Positions 1 to 10,849 of a stretch of DNA of 64,000 nucleotides are shown in pieces. The stretch lies in NCBI GenBank assembly GCA_029721355.1, contig CM056607.1:8339309-8403308 (forward strand), written 5' to 3'. The first letter of the stretch is position 1, and every line of letters starts with the position of its first letter. The stretch comes from Tegillarca granosa (Eukaryota). The notes below the pieces were generated by a model. The model saw only the letters and a list, made by a program, of their open reading frames with translations. It did not search any database and was not told where the DNA came from. Made by a program: the position numbers and the translations under genes.

Positions 1-1631
1 TGCTGCATTGGATGGTTGACCTCTTTCTTGGGCACATGCTTCACAATGCTCGTTGCTGACTCTGTGAGGACAGTTAAGCTGACCATTTTGAATTTTAGCC
101 TTTAAAGTCCTACAATAAAATATTAAGTTTTTATAGACACAGAATTCTTTCTTCTCCTTTTGAGAGATAGACCAAGAGACAATAAGGAATTTTGGCACAG
201 TTGCAATAAAGAATATTAACTGCATTGTACTTCCATAATGTTTAAAATCTTTTTGATATAAAAAAGCAGCTTTTACAACTTCAATTTTATGTTACATGTA
301 CCATAATTCTCTTACACTCCCCATCAAAAAAAAAATTAAAAAAATAATAAAGCAAAATAATCTTCGATTACAACAGATAAATGAAAGTCATTATTCTATT
401 CTAACCGATTTTCTTAACATTCTTCTAGTATGTATAAACAACTTTTACAACACAATTTTTTTAAAGCTGAATTCTCTTGTCAACTGGAAATAATGTATAG
501 ATTTGATTTTGAAATTATTATTATTTAATAAGATTGGTCATTTAATATTTTGTGTAAATTGCATTACTGCACAGATGCATATTACTGCATAGAGTAAAAG
601 TTTCACACCAGACTTTCTCAAGAATTTGAAGGTCATATTTTTCTATATATAACAACACCATCCTTTAACCTAGAAAATTCTAACACCTAAAGTCACAAGC
701 TAAATTATGTGCACTTTCATTTTCAAAGTTATAATAAATGCAGGTTTTTCAGATTAAAACACCAATTCCTTATCCTGATTTCATTTTAATCAGATTAAAC
801 TCAGAGAAAGAAATGAGGTTTTAGTTCAAAAAATGATTCTATATATTAATAAATCTATAGATATGTCCTGATTAATAAAATAACTAAGAAACAAGACTGG
901 GAATTTAACATTGGTTTTCATCACCTTAATGCACTTATCACTCATATCTCCTGTCTTGGTCATCAGGAGTGGCTTCTTCAAAGTACAAACATATATTTGT
1001 TTACTAAAAGAAAATTCATCAGAATTCAAAATAAGATAATAAAGACATTTTATCAAATAAGGACATAAACAGGATTTACATGGGGCTAAAAATAGGTCAG
1101 ATATATATACATGTAATGCCAAGTATGTTGTAAATATGTCCTTATTTATACAGGAAAATGAATATCTTAACAGGAAGTGAGGTCTCCATGTCATAGTCTA
1201 ATATATACATGTACAATTAAAGGGGGCCTATAATTGCCAACTTTTCAAAATTACAGTGGGTACAAATCATTTAAACTTCATTTCTAAATACTTGTATTGA
1301 AACTTAAGTTTTTTATAGGTAATACAGAAGATGCTATTTAAATCATTAAATGTGGTAGTAACTTATGCAACAGGATGTCAGTCTACAAGCTTATATTGAG
1401 ATTGGAATGTTGTTTTTGTCATGGTCAAAGATTATTTCACCTAGGGTATATTTTCTAAATTAGTGTACATGTAATAATATACGACTTTAGCAAGTGTACA
1501 GGACATAATGCATGCAGTATGCTTGCTAAAATCATGCCATGTAAATAGAGTTACCTGCATATATAACTACTGTGGAATGTTTTAGTAATTTTCTTAGTAT
1601 ATATTTAAAATATAAAATTAGATGTAATAGA

Positions 1632-1966
1632 TGGTTTTTTACATCCCAGTCAAGATTCTTTCCCTTAAATGGAGGCAGTAAGTTCAGAAAAGGTGAATGA
1701 AAATGGAGTGCCCCCCCCCCCCCCAAAAAAAAAAAAAAAAAAAAAAAGTTGGACCAACTTCAAGCAAACTGTCAATCTTATTCACACCTGGATCTGCCTG
1801 AGTGGTAGACCTGAAATACATGGCTCCAATCAGTTTTTTATTATACTGATGTTGCCGTTAAATGAAAAAGCTGTTCTGTCCACCTGAGTGGGATTCAAAC
1901 CTTGGTGGTGTGAGGCACTTTGATTTATAAGCACATGCTTTACACTGCTTGGCCACCGAGGTCCCT
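1632..1966 (-). mobile_element. tRNA-derived SINE, family A, copy A1, with an internal C14-A23 homopolymer block
   Basis: Matches copies at 17.1 kb and 57.1 kb. The head on the minus strand is GGGACCTCGGTGGCCAAGCAGTGTAAAGCATGTGCTTATAAATCAAAGTGCCTCACACCACCAAGGTTTGAATCCCACTCAGG with a T-loop-like GGTTTGAATCC. Confidence 0.6.
1711..1747. repeat. C14 followed by A23 homopolymers inside SINE copy A1
   Basis: Direct reading. Confidence 0.95.
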
Positions 1967-2563
1967 TTTAGAATATAAGAGGTCTTACACTGAAACAAGT
2001 ACTTGTGAGTATTTCCCATATATAAATCCAACAGCCAATCAAAAGCATTTCGAGAAGTGGTAACATGCATGGAAATACTAATTCTACTTGAACTTTAATG
2101 TCAACAAAATGTCCTGTCTAAGAATCACATGTTTGGCAATTTGCCATGTTTTTTAACATGAGATTTAAAAAACTATTTTGTACTGGTCAGTAAGGACAAT
2201 ATATATACCGGTACATATATATCTATATATACTACATACCAATACATGTACACCAGTATTAATGACACTACATGTTACATGAATGCTGGTCCAGCAGGGA
2301 CAAATGAAAATACATGTACTGAGTTATAAATTACCAAGAAATAGATTTTTAGTTCTTATACTAGTAGATTTTTGTACCAGTACTAATACTTCAACTCATT
2401 CAACAAACCTTACTGCAATGGTCTAAAAAAAATGGTAAAAATAAGGAAAGTCCTCCAATTGTACCCTTAACTAATTTAAATTTAATTTCAATTAAAAAAA
2501 GTTAATATACCATAATAAAATAGTAATTACTGTAAGAGAATAATTATGACAAGTATAACTTAC

Positions 2564-2729
2564 AAATGTCCATTCTCTCTATCCCATGGTATCAATTGAA
2601 TGTAACGGTTTCCACAAGACCAGGCAAAATATGATCCATCAGGGGCCCAAGCACAAGACCGCGTTTCCAAGCCAGTCCTCTGACTCTGATAATATGGTGA
2701 AATTAAAACATCAGCCTGCTTTAATTTTT
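2564..2729 (-). CDS. WSB1/WSB2-like exon 2 (first WD repeat)
   Basis: Minus strand: ttttcag|AAAAATTAAAG.. ..GGACATTT|gtaagt. EKLKQADVLISPYYQSQRTGLETRSCAWAPDGSYFAWSCGNRYIQLIPWDRENGH ~ human WSB1 RENWTVAFAPDGSYFAWSQGHRTVKLVPWSQ. Downstream exons (lower coordinates) were not resolved. Confidence 0.7.
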
Positions 2730-3179
2730 CTGAAAATTCAAAATAAAATATTTTAGATCATTATATAATGATATTAGATGTTAATGGCTGTTATGTAATG
2801 GATAATTAGGGTTGTAAGTGTATTATACAGGGAATATATATATTTGAAACATAACTGAGTTAATGACTTCAACTAATGTCTAAAGAAATATCAGAAAGAT
2901 ACCAAAACCATTAGGGAAAATTCAAAATCTTCTATAAAATTCATATAAAACTTGGATCATATATTTTCATATGGATCATATGGAAAATAACTTGCATTTT
3001 TAAAATCTTTTTTTCCTAGAAAACCAGCTTAAATTAAGCAGAAATATTTAAAATTTCAAACTACAATACAGCCATACTTGACAGAGCTGATAATTATTAA
3101 TAATTTACAGTATTTTCAACATATATATTTTTTACTTAAATTCAAATTGTAAAAATTTCAATAAAATTCATTTAGTAAG

Positions 3180-3182
<3 letters not shown>

Positions 3183-3249
<67 letters not shown>

Positions 3250-3270
3250 TAGATAGATAGATATATATAT
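3183..3270. repeat. (AT)~32 followed by (ATAG)4 microsatellite
   Basis: Direct reading. Confidence 0.95.
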
Positions 3271-3677
3271 TAAATCTTACTCCGACTGACTTTAATTCTG
3301 GACTTACAAGTAAGAAATTTTACAAATTTGATAAAAATATAAACTTTCAAATGTTCTGTTTTAGAAAGATTGTTAAAGAATGATTAATCAATTAATAATG
3401 TCATTGTAAAAAAAATCACAAAATTATTGTTTTAATTTCAATTTTATTTAAAAACTTTCGGTAATGAAAACAAAGACAATTCAAAGAAAGAAACAAAAGA
3501 CATTTATGGGAAAATGGTTTAAATTTACCCTACATAGTTGTACAGGTGAGCTAAGACCTCTCGTGAAACTTGATAGCCAGTGTAGAGTAATGGCCAATTG
3601 ACCTCAATTACTAAAAGAAACAAGTGTGTGTGCCAAAAAGTCACAAAATAAACTGCCCAGATCAAATAGGAACTTAC

Positions 3678-3735
3678 CAATATCATCAGGGCCACTGTGT
3701 TCAAAACTACTACAAACTGGTTCGTTGTTCCTCAT
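3678..3735 (-). CDS. WSB1/WSB2-like (WD repeat and SOCS box) gene, first coding exon with ATG
   Basis: Minus strand: ATGAGGAACAACGAACCAGTTTGTAGTAGTTTTGAACACAGTGGCCCTGATGATATTG|gtaagt (MRNNEPVCSSFEHSGPDDI). Phase 1 joins the next exon in frame. Confidence 0.55.
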
Positions 3736-4857
3736 TGATTATAAAGGTCTATCTGTTGAAAAATAACTGGAATGTTTTTGCGTTGATGATGTTGATAATA
3801 AAAGGAAAATCAATATATGTAATATTTCACTGCCAACAAGCTTTGAACGATTTTTCAGACGATATTATTTCCTGATTTGAGAAGCGATAATATCCTCTAT
3901 TCCAGCAATTCTTACGTTAATCAAAATACAGAAGTTAATGTGAAACAGAATTGTATTCTTTTGACGACCTATTGAGGCAGCCGATAGCTTTATGCGTCAA
4001 GCAAATACGTTTCAAATGGCATGAAATTGGTTTATTTATAAACATACTTGACCTTCGTATTGCAGAATACGGTCCTTAGAACATTGCGGAAAACTTTAGC
4101 ACATCCAAATAAAGTTGGTATAAGTGGCGAATCGTTTTACAAATCTAGATAAAAAACTTATTAATTTAATTTCTGAGAGAATAACATAAATTAACAATAA
4201 AAAAGTTAATGTCAAAAGAGAAAAAAGTGTTGATAAAAAGTATAGTCTATTTCAAATTTCTTTTACTAGACCCGAGCCTTTCAGTCTTAACAGTTATCAC
4301 GCCTTCATAAATACGAATACAAAACAGGGGAGATAATTATCTGTCATTTACTGTTTACTTTCGTTTCTGCCTGTCATGTTTATTTTTGGGCTCGAGAAAA
4401 CGTATGACATAATTATGACATGTTAGAAAGGTAAGATTATTATGTATTCTGGACATGTCACTGGAGCATTCAGTCAATGTAACTATTTTTGCAAAAGTTA
4501 GGGGGAATGAAATCAGAGAAATTAATAAAGCAGAAAACGGGTGCTGGAAAATGGAAAATAATTGTCGGAAACACTCTCACTCTGCTCATGACAGTGATTC
4601 TTATATTAAGACAAGTTACAGAAATATCTAAAAATCCAATAAAGCTAGCTTTTTGTGCCACAAATTCACCTGAATCTATATCAAGCCCGTTTGCCTTGAT
4701 CTTATTTGAAAACAGATTTGGTTAGGATAATTTCACTAACTACAGTTACAGATTGAAAAATAGATTTGTCTTGTTCAATCTTCCAGACTTTGCCTTCAAC
4801 TTGTTTAACCTAGTGCCATTTTCTTTTTCTATTTCAGTTGATGTTTAAGACATCAAG
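3736..4857. promoter_or_regulatory. Putative bidirectional promoter/intergenic region between the WSB-like (-) and PARP4-like (+) start codons; locally CpG-retaining
   Basis: Start codons diverge at 3735 (-) and 4858 (+). CG dinucleotides (gcgttg, gacgat, gccgat, gcgtca, cggtcc, gcggaa, gcgaatcgtt, cccgag, ctcgag) are far denser here than in the surrounding CpG-depleted sequence. A TATA-like cataaata sits near 4307. Confidence 0.35.
4330..4430 (+). other. PARP4: Candidate non-coding 5' UTR exon of the PARP4-like gene (donor gaaag|gtaagatt at 4431; acceptor ..atttcag at 4835-4837 before the ATG)
   Basis: Strong donor GTAAGA at 4431 and an acceptor 21 nt upstream of the start codon. The first in-frame ATG after a stop is at 4858. 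Confidence 0.3.
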
Positions 4858-4983
4858 ATGATCTTCCAAGATTGTGTTTTTGTGTTAGAGTTTGACTCTT
4901 TTATGCCATTTAAAGAAAAGACAAAATGGAAAAAGAAGATTACAGACAATGGAGGGATTATTTCCTATATTGTAGGAAAAAAG
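4858..4983 (+). CDS. PARP4: PARP4-like coding exon 1 (start codon; BRCT N-part)
   Basis: ATG at 4858 is the first in-frame ATG after a stop; donor AAG|gttggt. MIFQDCVFVLEFDSFMPFKEKTKWKKKITDNGGIISYIVGKK ~ human MVMGIFANCIFCLKVKYLPQQQKKKLQTDIKENGGKFSFSLNPQ. Confidence 0.75.
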
Positions 4984-5493
4984 GTTGGTTATTTTACTCT
5001 GGTTGTAACATATTATAGTTCAGATGATTTTCCCTTCTAAGGGTTGATTCTCTACAAGCTTTAAAATGGGTATTTAAGCTTTCTTTTTTTTGGACCAAAC
5101 TTAACATACAAACGGAAAAAGTCATTTGGTCTTTCCAGTAAGATTTCAATAACCAAACTCCGAAGTCTCACATAGGACATAAAGGAAGATAACCCTTACT
5201 AGTCATTAGCATAAGAAAGTGTATTACGGTACATATGCTTATGGTTAGGCCTTATTCCAGTAGTACCATTATAATTACACTACATTTAACGTAGTGCCTA
5301 TTCAAAATTCAAATCAGTGGTTTGATTATGTTTTTTACTTTTCTTGTCTTGATTGGCTTTCTTAACTTATGACTAAATCCCACGGTAACTTGTATTGTTT
5401 CATGTTCTTGTTTGTGTTAGTGCTGCCAAGTACATATTTTTCAGTCTTCTTTTTTTGATATAGTCAGTAAGGGAGACAATCCTGATTACTGGA

Positions 5494-5830
5494 ATGTACT
5501 GTACCATACAACATTATTGTACTATACTGTATTGTACTGTACTATGCTACTGCACCTTTCTATACTGTTTTAACTATATATGTACTATACTACACTGCTG
5601 TACTGTACTGTACTATACATGTACTATACTTCATGGCTGTACTGTACTGTACTGTTCTATACTATACTATACTATACTATACTGTACTGTACTGTACTGT
5701 ACTGTACTGTACTTTGCTTTTGCACTTTTCTGTTTACATACTTTACATGTACTATACTTCATGGCTGTATTGTACTATACTGTACTATACTATACTGTAC
5801 TGTGCTGTAGAATTCTGTATCAAATATGAT
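5494..5830 (+). repeat. Pentanucleotide microsatellite (TACTG/TATAC)n ~330 bp, immediately upstream of the Tc1 insertion
   Basis: Direct reading; the ORFs at 5494-5839 are artefacts. Confidence 0.9.
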
Positions 5831-5951
5831 ATAACATAATTTATTCTTTAAAACCAGTCAGTATTAACATATAATAGTTTTATATATCATAATTATTAAA
5901 TAATTTGATAAATACCTAAAACTAAATTTTTTAACTTTTATCAGTCGTTTA

Positions 5952-7422
5952 TATACTAGCGGAAAAAAGTAACTGTTCATCAATAAAATTTATAATTTCG
6001 CTATTATTACTGAATGTATAAATCTTAAAATTTGCACCAATGGTAAGTGTATATACCTCTATCATATCATCAATTGCCCGTGATTTTTACGCTTCATGTG
6101 CACGGGTCGGTTTTCACGCAATTGTCGCCCAGCATTTCAGTGTGACAATATTTTAGGAATAATTTACTGTTGTTTGTTTGTTTGGACACCAGAAAACCAG
6201 AAAAGCAAGTTTATTCGGTTGAAAGCTTCCATAGTCTAATGCCTAGGCTAAATGAAAATGATCGCCTCTGCACAATTGGTATGCTTGAGGCTGGTATGAC
6301 CCAAAGCTTTGTCACTAGACATTTTGGTGTCCACAGAAACACTGTTTATGCTTTATGGAGACGATACCAACAGTTTGGCACCACTAGAGACCGCCCTCGT
6401 TCAGGACGTCCACACGTAACGACACGTCAGCAAGACAACCATATCCGGCTTGTGCACCCCCGGAATCGTTTCCAAACTGCCAGTACTACTGCCTGGAGCA
6501 TTCCTGGACTACGCCCAATCAGCCCCAGAACAGTAAGGAATCATTTACGGGAAAGACATATTGGCCCACGACATCCGGCAATCCGTCCAATTCTACAACG
6601 ACGTGATCGCACAGCTCGCCTTGCATGGTGCAGAACACATTTACGCTTCAATCTACGAGATTGGACACAAATTATGTTCACCGATGAGTCTAGATTTCAC
6701 TTGGACAGCAGTGACGGACGCTCCAGAGTGTATCAGCCCATTGGAGAACGTTTTCATGACGCGTGTGTGGTGGAACGACGTTGGTTCGACGGGGGCAGTG
6801 TAATGGTTTGGGGTGGCATCACAGCGAATGACAGAACTCCTCTGGTAGTCATCGTCAGGAATTTTACCAGTGTACGGTACCCTGATGAAATCCTACATAC
6901 CCATGTCATCCGATTCATTCAAGGACAGCAACGTAATGTCACTTTTCAGCATGATAATGCAAGACCACTCGTCACACGAGTTGCAATGGATTTTCTGGCA
7001 CAGCATAACGTCAATGTGTTACCATGGCCAGCCGTTTCACCAGACTTTTCTCCAATTGAACACGTATGGGATGAAATGGAACGTCGATTACATCATCTGC
7101 CTAATCAGCCTGTTACATTGCAAGGGTTGGCCCAAGCGTTAGACCAGATATGGAACAACATCCCTCAAGCATTCTTTAGGCATTTAATCAACTCTATGAG
7201 GCATCTCTGTCTCATGATACTGATCTTGTGAACTGACTTTTACTATCTGCTATGTTTCTAGTCCCCTGGGTATGAAATAACAATATCTAACCTTTTCAAT
7301 GACATGAATTTGTAAAGAAATATCTAATAAACAAATACGAAATTATTCATTGCTTTGCATTTTCAAATTATTTTATAATCACACATTTCAGTCATGCACA
7401 GTTACTTTTTTCCGCTAGTATA
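5952..7422 (+). mobile_element. Tc1-family (DD34E) DNA transposon, apparently intact, in PARP4 intron 1 about 85 bp upstream of exon 2
   Basis: Perfect 25-bp terminal inverted repeats TATACTAGCGGAAAAAAGTAACTGT (5952-5976) and ACAGTTACTTTTTTCCGCTAGTATA (7398-7422). TA dinucleotides at both ends are consistent with a TA target-site duplication. A single uninterrupted transposase ORF lies inside. Confidence 0.85.
6239..7231 (+). CDS. Tc1-like transposase (paired-like HTH + DDE catalytic domain, DD34E)
   Basis: MPRLNENDRLCTIGMLEAGMTQSFVTRHFGVHRNTVYALWRRYQQFGTTRDRPRSGRPH.. Catalytic motifs FTDESRF, QHDNARPLV and SPDFSPIEHVWDEM with 34 residues between the second D and E. The ORF track begins 23 codons earlier at 6170 via a non-ATG start. 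Confidence 0.85.
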   Translation: MPRLNENDRLCTIGMLEAGMTQSFVTRHFGVHRNTVYALWRRYQQFGTTRDRPRSGRPHVTTRQQDNHIRLVHPRNRFQTASTTAWSIPGLRPISPRTVRNHLRERHIGPRHPAIRPILQRRDRTARLAWCRTHLRFNLRDWTQIMFTDESRFHLDSSDGRSRVYQPIGERFHDACVVERRWFDGGSVMVWGGITANDRTPLVVIVRNFTSVRYPDEILHTHVIRFIQGQQRNVTFQHDNARPLVTRVAMDFLAQHNVNVLPWPAVSPDFSPIEHVWDEMERRLHHLPNQPVTLQGLAQALDQIWNNIPQAFFRHLINSMRHLCLMILIL

Positions 7423-7506
7423 CATGTATAATCTTCTATTGTGATTTTTCTTCGTTAGCTCTTATATCTGGACTATCCGTAATTATAGATGGGTTTACAT
7501 TTTTAG

Positions 7507-7705
7507 GTTTCCTATGTGGTATTGTTCAACAAAATGAAGGAGAAAACCACATTTAAAGTTAAACAAGCTCGGCGTTACAATATACCAGTTCTTAAGTCTG
7601 AATACATTGATGACTGTATGCTTCAGCAGGCACTCCTCGATAAGGATCAATACTTCATTGGTGAGCCAGCTGAAAAGAAGAATTTCAAATCCGGAAAAAT
7701 AACTG
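7507..7705 (+). CDS. PARP4: PARP4-like exon 2 (BRCT C-part)
   Basis: ttttag|GTT.. ..ACTG|gtatgt. VSYVVLFNKMKEKTTFKVKQARRYNIPVLKSEYIDDCMLQQALLDKDQYFIGEPAEKKNFKSGKIT, a BRCT end motif. Confidence 0.75.
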
Positions 7706-7963
7706 GTATGTGAATACATGTTATAAATAAGTTAGATTTTTTTATAGCTCTTCTATAGTAAGAATAACATAAATATAAACTGCAACCAAATTTTTAAATA
7801 ATAATGCTTACAATTTTATTGGGAATATTTATCTGTATTTGGAATCTTTATTATATAGTATGCATAGTGTATGTAGTAGTTTTCATTGCATATAGATTAG
7901 TACATAGCCTTTTCTATGTTACATCGTATATTGACCCAAGGCAATCATATCAGCCTGCAAGTT

Positions 7964-7994
<31 letters not shown>

Positions 7995-8527
7995 CTATTC
8001 TATTTTTTATAAAAATGTAGCAAATATCAATAAATAAAATCCCTAGAGAGTGTTAATGATTGATATAACATCTAAGTATATTCTTTGACCATAACCTTGC
8101 TGTGTGCCTATTTCTTCTATTGACCTCAAAACCTGTGAATGTAATTTATCAGTTTTTGATTCAGTCAAACCAGTTTAGCTGCATAGGCTCTGTGATTTAA
8201 AATTCAAAGAAACTGATCAACTTATATATGACAACTTGCCTATCAAAAAAGTAACCATCGGCTTCTAGTGTTAAATAAAAAGGAATATCTTAAACTAATG
8301 TTGTACTGATGGAGAATAATTTTGTACTTAAAAAATTATTTAATTCTAAAACAGCATGTTTTCTACAAAATTGGAAAATTAAAATTACACAAAATCTGCA
8401 AAATGGTGAGAATAGGTACACTGCAAGAATGGCTACAGTTCCAGTATGATTCAGATGTCCACAAAATGACAGGGTAGTACACAATGATAAAGGTTGGAAT
8501 TATAGTCTGTTTCGTTTTTATATTTAG

Positions 8528-8664
8528 CACAAAAAACAGCCAAGAAGAAACATAAACGATGTCAAGTAAACCTTAATTCTATCAAGTCATGGTTAGTAGA
8601 AGATGATGATGATGATTTGTTTAAAGATGATGTGTATGAGTTAGCCAAATGGTCTGTGTTAAAG
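8528..8664 (+). CDS. PARP4: PARP4-like exon 3
   Basis: tatttag|CA.. ..TTAAAG|gtaatg; phase-consistent. AQKTAKKKHKRCQVNLNSIKSWLVEDDDDDLFKDDVYELAKWSVLK ~ human ..DFEVAKYNTLEK. Confidence 0.7.
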
Positions 8665-8924
8665 GTAATGATTATTTTAAAACAAAAGTATGTATAAAGT
8701 GGCTGATGATTTTGCTTATTATAAAGTAAGCCATACATTGTTTTACCAGATTAACATGAGAAAAACACAATATTTTATGTAACCAGTGTAAATTGAAACA
8801 TACAGTTTCACTCATGTTCATACTGATAGATAATATACTGATATTCATACATAGATGTTCTTGGTGACATATTATACCATGGCTTGTACAAAAAGGCCCA
8901 TGATTAACCTGATTTTTTTTACAT

Positions 8925-9075
8925 GTAAAATTGGATTCGAGTCCTGGTTTGGCCGCTGCATTTTTTCCCTTTCCTGTTACTTTTGGAGCTTGTCTGACCC
9001 TTGAAAGTGGCTGACCAACAGGTTGGTCCCTGGGTGGAACCTGGTGGTTTTGATTCAGAGTGGTTGAATCAAAAA
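8925..9075 (+). mobile_element. SINE family B, 3' part (body + A13 tail)
   Basis: ggtttggccgctgcattttttccctttcctgttacttttggagcttgtctgaccc..ggttttgattcagagtggttgaatcaaaaaaaaaaaaa. Confidence 0.45.
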
Positions 9076-9117
9076 AAAAAAAAGGAAGGGAGGAATGTAG
9101 CGGGCCAGGCTTGATAG

Positions 9118-9262
9118 GTGGCTGGGTAGCTCAGTTGATAGAGCGTCCCGCTAGTATTGGGAAGGACCCGGGTTTAAGTCCCGGTTTGGCCACTGCATTT
9201 TTTCCCTTTCCTGTTACACTCTCTGCAGAGATATTGTATGGTAAATTTTTCCTGTTATTTCT
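9118..9262 (+). mobile_element. SINE family B, tRNA-like head + body start; abuts the exon-4 acceptor
   Basis: GGCTGGGTAGCTCAGTTGATAGAGCGTCCCGCTAGTATTGGGAAGGACCCGGGTTTAAGTCCCGGTTTGGCCACTGCATTTTTTCCCTTTCCTGTTAC. tRNA-like A and B boxes, but no paired acceptor stem, so not a functional tRNA. Confidence 0.5.
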
Positions 9263-9267
9263 TACAG

Positions 9268-9363
9268 TCAGATACTAATGTTCAAGTTTTAGAAGTTCAT
9301 ACCATTAAAGGAGCACTAAAATACAGATTATATAGCCAGAGTGGGAAACTAGACAAAGAGAAG
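9268..9363 (+). CDS. PARP4: PARP4-like exon 4
   Basis: cttacag|TCA.. ..GAGAAG|gtaata. SDTNVQVLEVHTIKGALKYRLYSQSGKLDKEK. Confidence 0.65.
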
Positions 9364-9607
9364 GTAATATTCAATAACATTTGTATTTTAACACTTTTGA
9401 TATAACAGACAGTCTAAATGTAACCTATAATATGTGTATTGTAAATTTATAATCTCCACTTTACAAAAGTTTTGTCACTTGCTTTGTTGCATTTTGTTAA
9501 ACTCTACAACAGCGGTTTATCAAGTGTCATTGATAAAAAAAAAGTTTTTTATTTATCTTTCAAGGATTAATTTGTACCCAAATCCCTTTTAGTATGTGGA
9601 TTGTTTT

Positions 9608-9610
<3 letters not shown>

Positions 9611-9670
<60 letters not shown>
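9611..9670. repeat. T60 homopolymer (PARP4 intron 4)
   Basis: Direct reading. Confidence 0.95.
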
Positions 9671-9674
<4 letters not shown>

Positions 9675-9920
9675 ATGTTGACTTTAAAGTGCTAGCACAC
9701 TGGGGCACAATATTGCGGATAAAGATGTTTGTACCATTTTCAATTTAACTGGTTTTAGGGAAAACCAGTAGAGTCTAATAATTGGTAAATCTTTTCACCA
9801 CATTCATTTAGTCAAAGGCAAGGAGGCATCATGGGATTGAAGACCAATCATTGGCCATGGGGTCTCTTGTTAATCACTTGAATAGGCATTAGGTTTCATT
9901 TCTTCTTGAATCTTTGTTTT

Positions 9921-9922
<2 letters not shown>

Positions 9923-9980
<58 letters not shown>

Positions 9981-10002
9981 ACACACACACACACACACAC
10001 AC
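9923..10002. repeat. (CT)~29 then (CA)~10 compound microsatellite, 45 bp upstream of the exon-5 acceptor
   Basis: Direct reading. Confidence 0.95.
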
Positions 10003-10045
10003 CTGATTAAATATTAATTAGTTTTGAAATTTTTTTATTTTGTAG

Positions 10046-10216
10046 AATCTTCTATCTACTGATGTTGCTGTTGTTTGGTATTTCAATACAACAGATGAAG
10101 TTTTAAGTGCCTATGAGCAACTTTATAAGCAATACTCATCATTTCCATATACACTGTTACCATGGTTACATCCAGTGTTCACTAGCAACAACATTGGTTC
10201 AAATAAGTTGAAAATG
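10046..10216 (+). CDS. PARP4: PARP4-like exon 5
   Basis: ttttgtag|AAT.. ..AAAATG|gtaagt. NLLSTDVAVVWYFNTTDEVLSAYEQLYKQYSSFPYTLLPWLHPVFTSNNIGSNKLKM. Confidence 0.65.
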
Positions 10217-10305
10217 GTAAGTTTAAATATGATTAAAAATTGCAGTTGTATAGTTTTTGTGTGATATATAAGTTAGAAAAATCATGTCATGTGACAAAAG
10301 AAACA

Positions 10306-10354
<49 letters not shown>

Positions 10355-10849
10355 CTTAAAAATTAAAAAAAAATCAGTGTACCATAGTAACTGATATTTA
10401 TGCAGAACTATGAAAAGAATTCTTCTGATAGTTAAATTTTCAGTTACTTAATTTATGGGATAACATTGTGGTTCCAAAACAGGTAGAAAAGATCTGTGTA
10501 ATCTCAAGAGTTATCACATTGTTTAACCTCACTTAGACATTAGGTAATATAGTGTCGAATTTTTGCAAATTCAGTTACAGTAAGAGAAATGATATACCAC
10601 CAGCTGCATTCATTTTCTAATAAAGATTGTATCCAACATGACTTTTATTCTTCAGAGCTACAGAGGAAACAAACAATTCTAAGTATAATGTGGGTAAAGA
10701 AAATGCAAATAATAGAAACAATATTTTAAAATAAGATGGGCACATAATTTTCTTCTATGTACATAAAGTTTAGATTATCAATCTAATGAAGTCTTTTAAT
10801 TTACATTTTTGCTTCTAAAAGTAAATTTTGGTAAATTAAATATATAAAA

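Noticed and set aside
826-1194. 122-aa minus ORF, considered as a downstream WSB-like exon
   Set aside because: No WD-repeat or SOCS-box similarity (no GH/WD dipeptides, no VxxL..C box) and no clean splice sites. The remaining WSB-like exons could not be located, so I did not call them.
5494-5839. Three overlapping 68-111-aa ORFs rich in Y/C/T/L
   Set aside because: They are translations of a (TACTG/TATAC)n microsatellite.
6170-6238. First 23 codons of the track's transposase ORF (MFVCLDTRKPEKQVYSVESFHSL)
   Set aside because: The ORF caller used a non-ATG start. The first ATG (MPRLNEN..) at 6239 precedes the conserved HTH and is the likelier start.
9118-9192. tRNA gene (GGGTAGCTCAGTTGATAGAGCG.. 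A/B-box-like)
   Set aside because: The 5' and 3' ends cannot form a 7-bp acceptor stem, the anticodon arm is aberrant, and the sequence continues into the shared body of a SINE family also seen at 8925 and 51690. This is a SINE head, not a functional tRNA.
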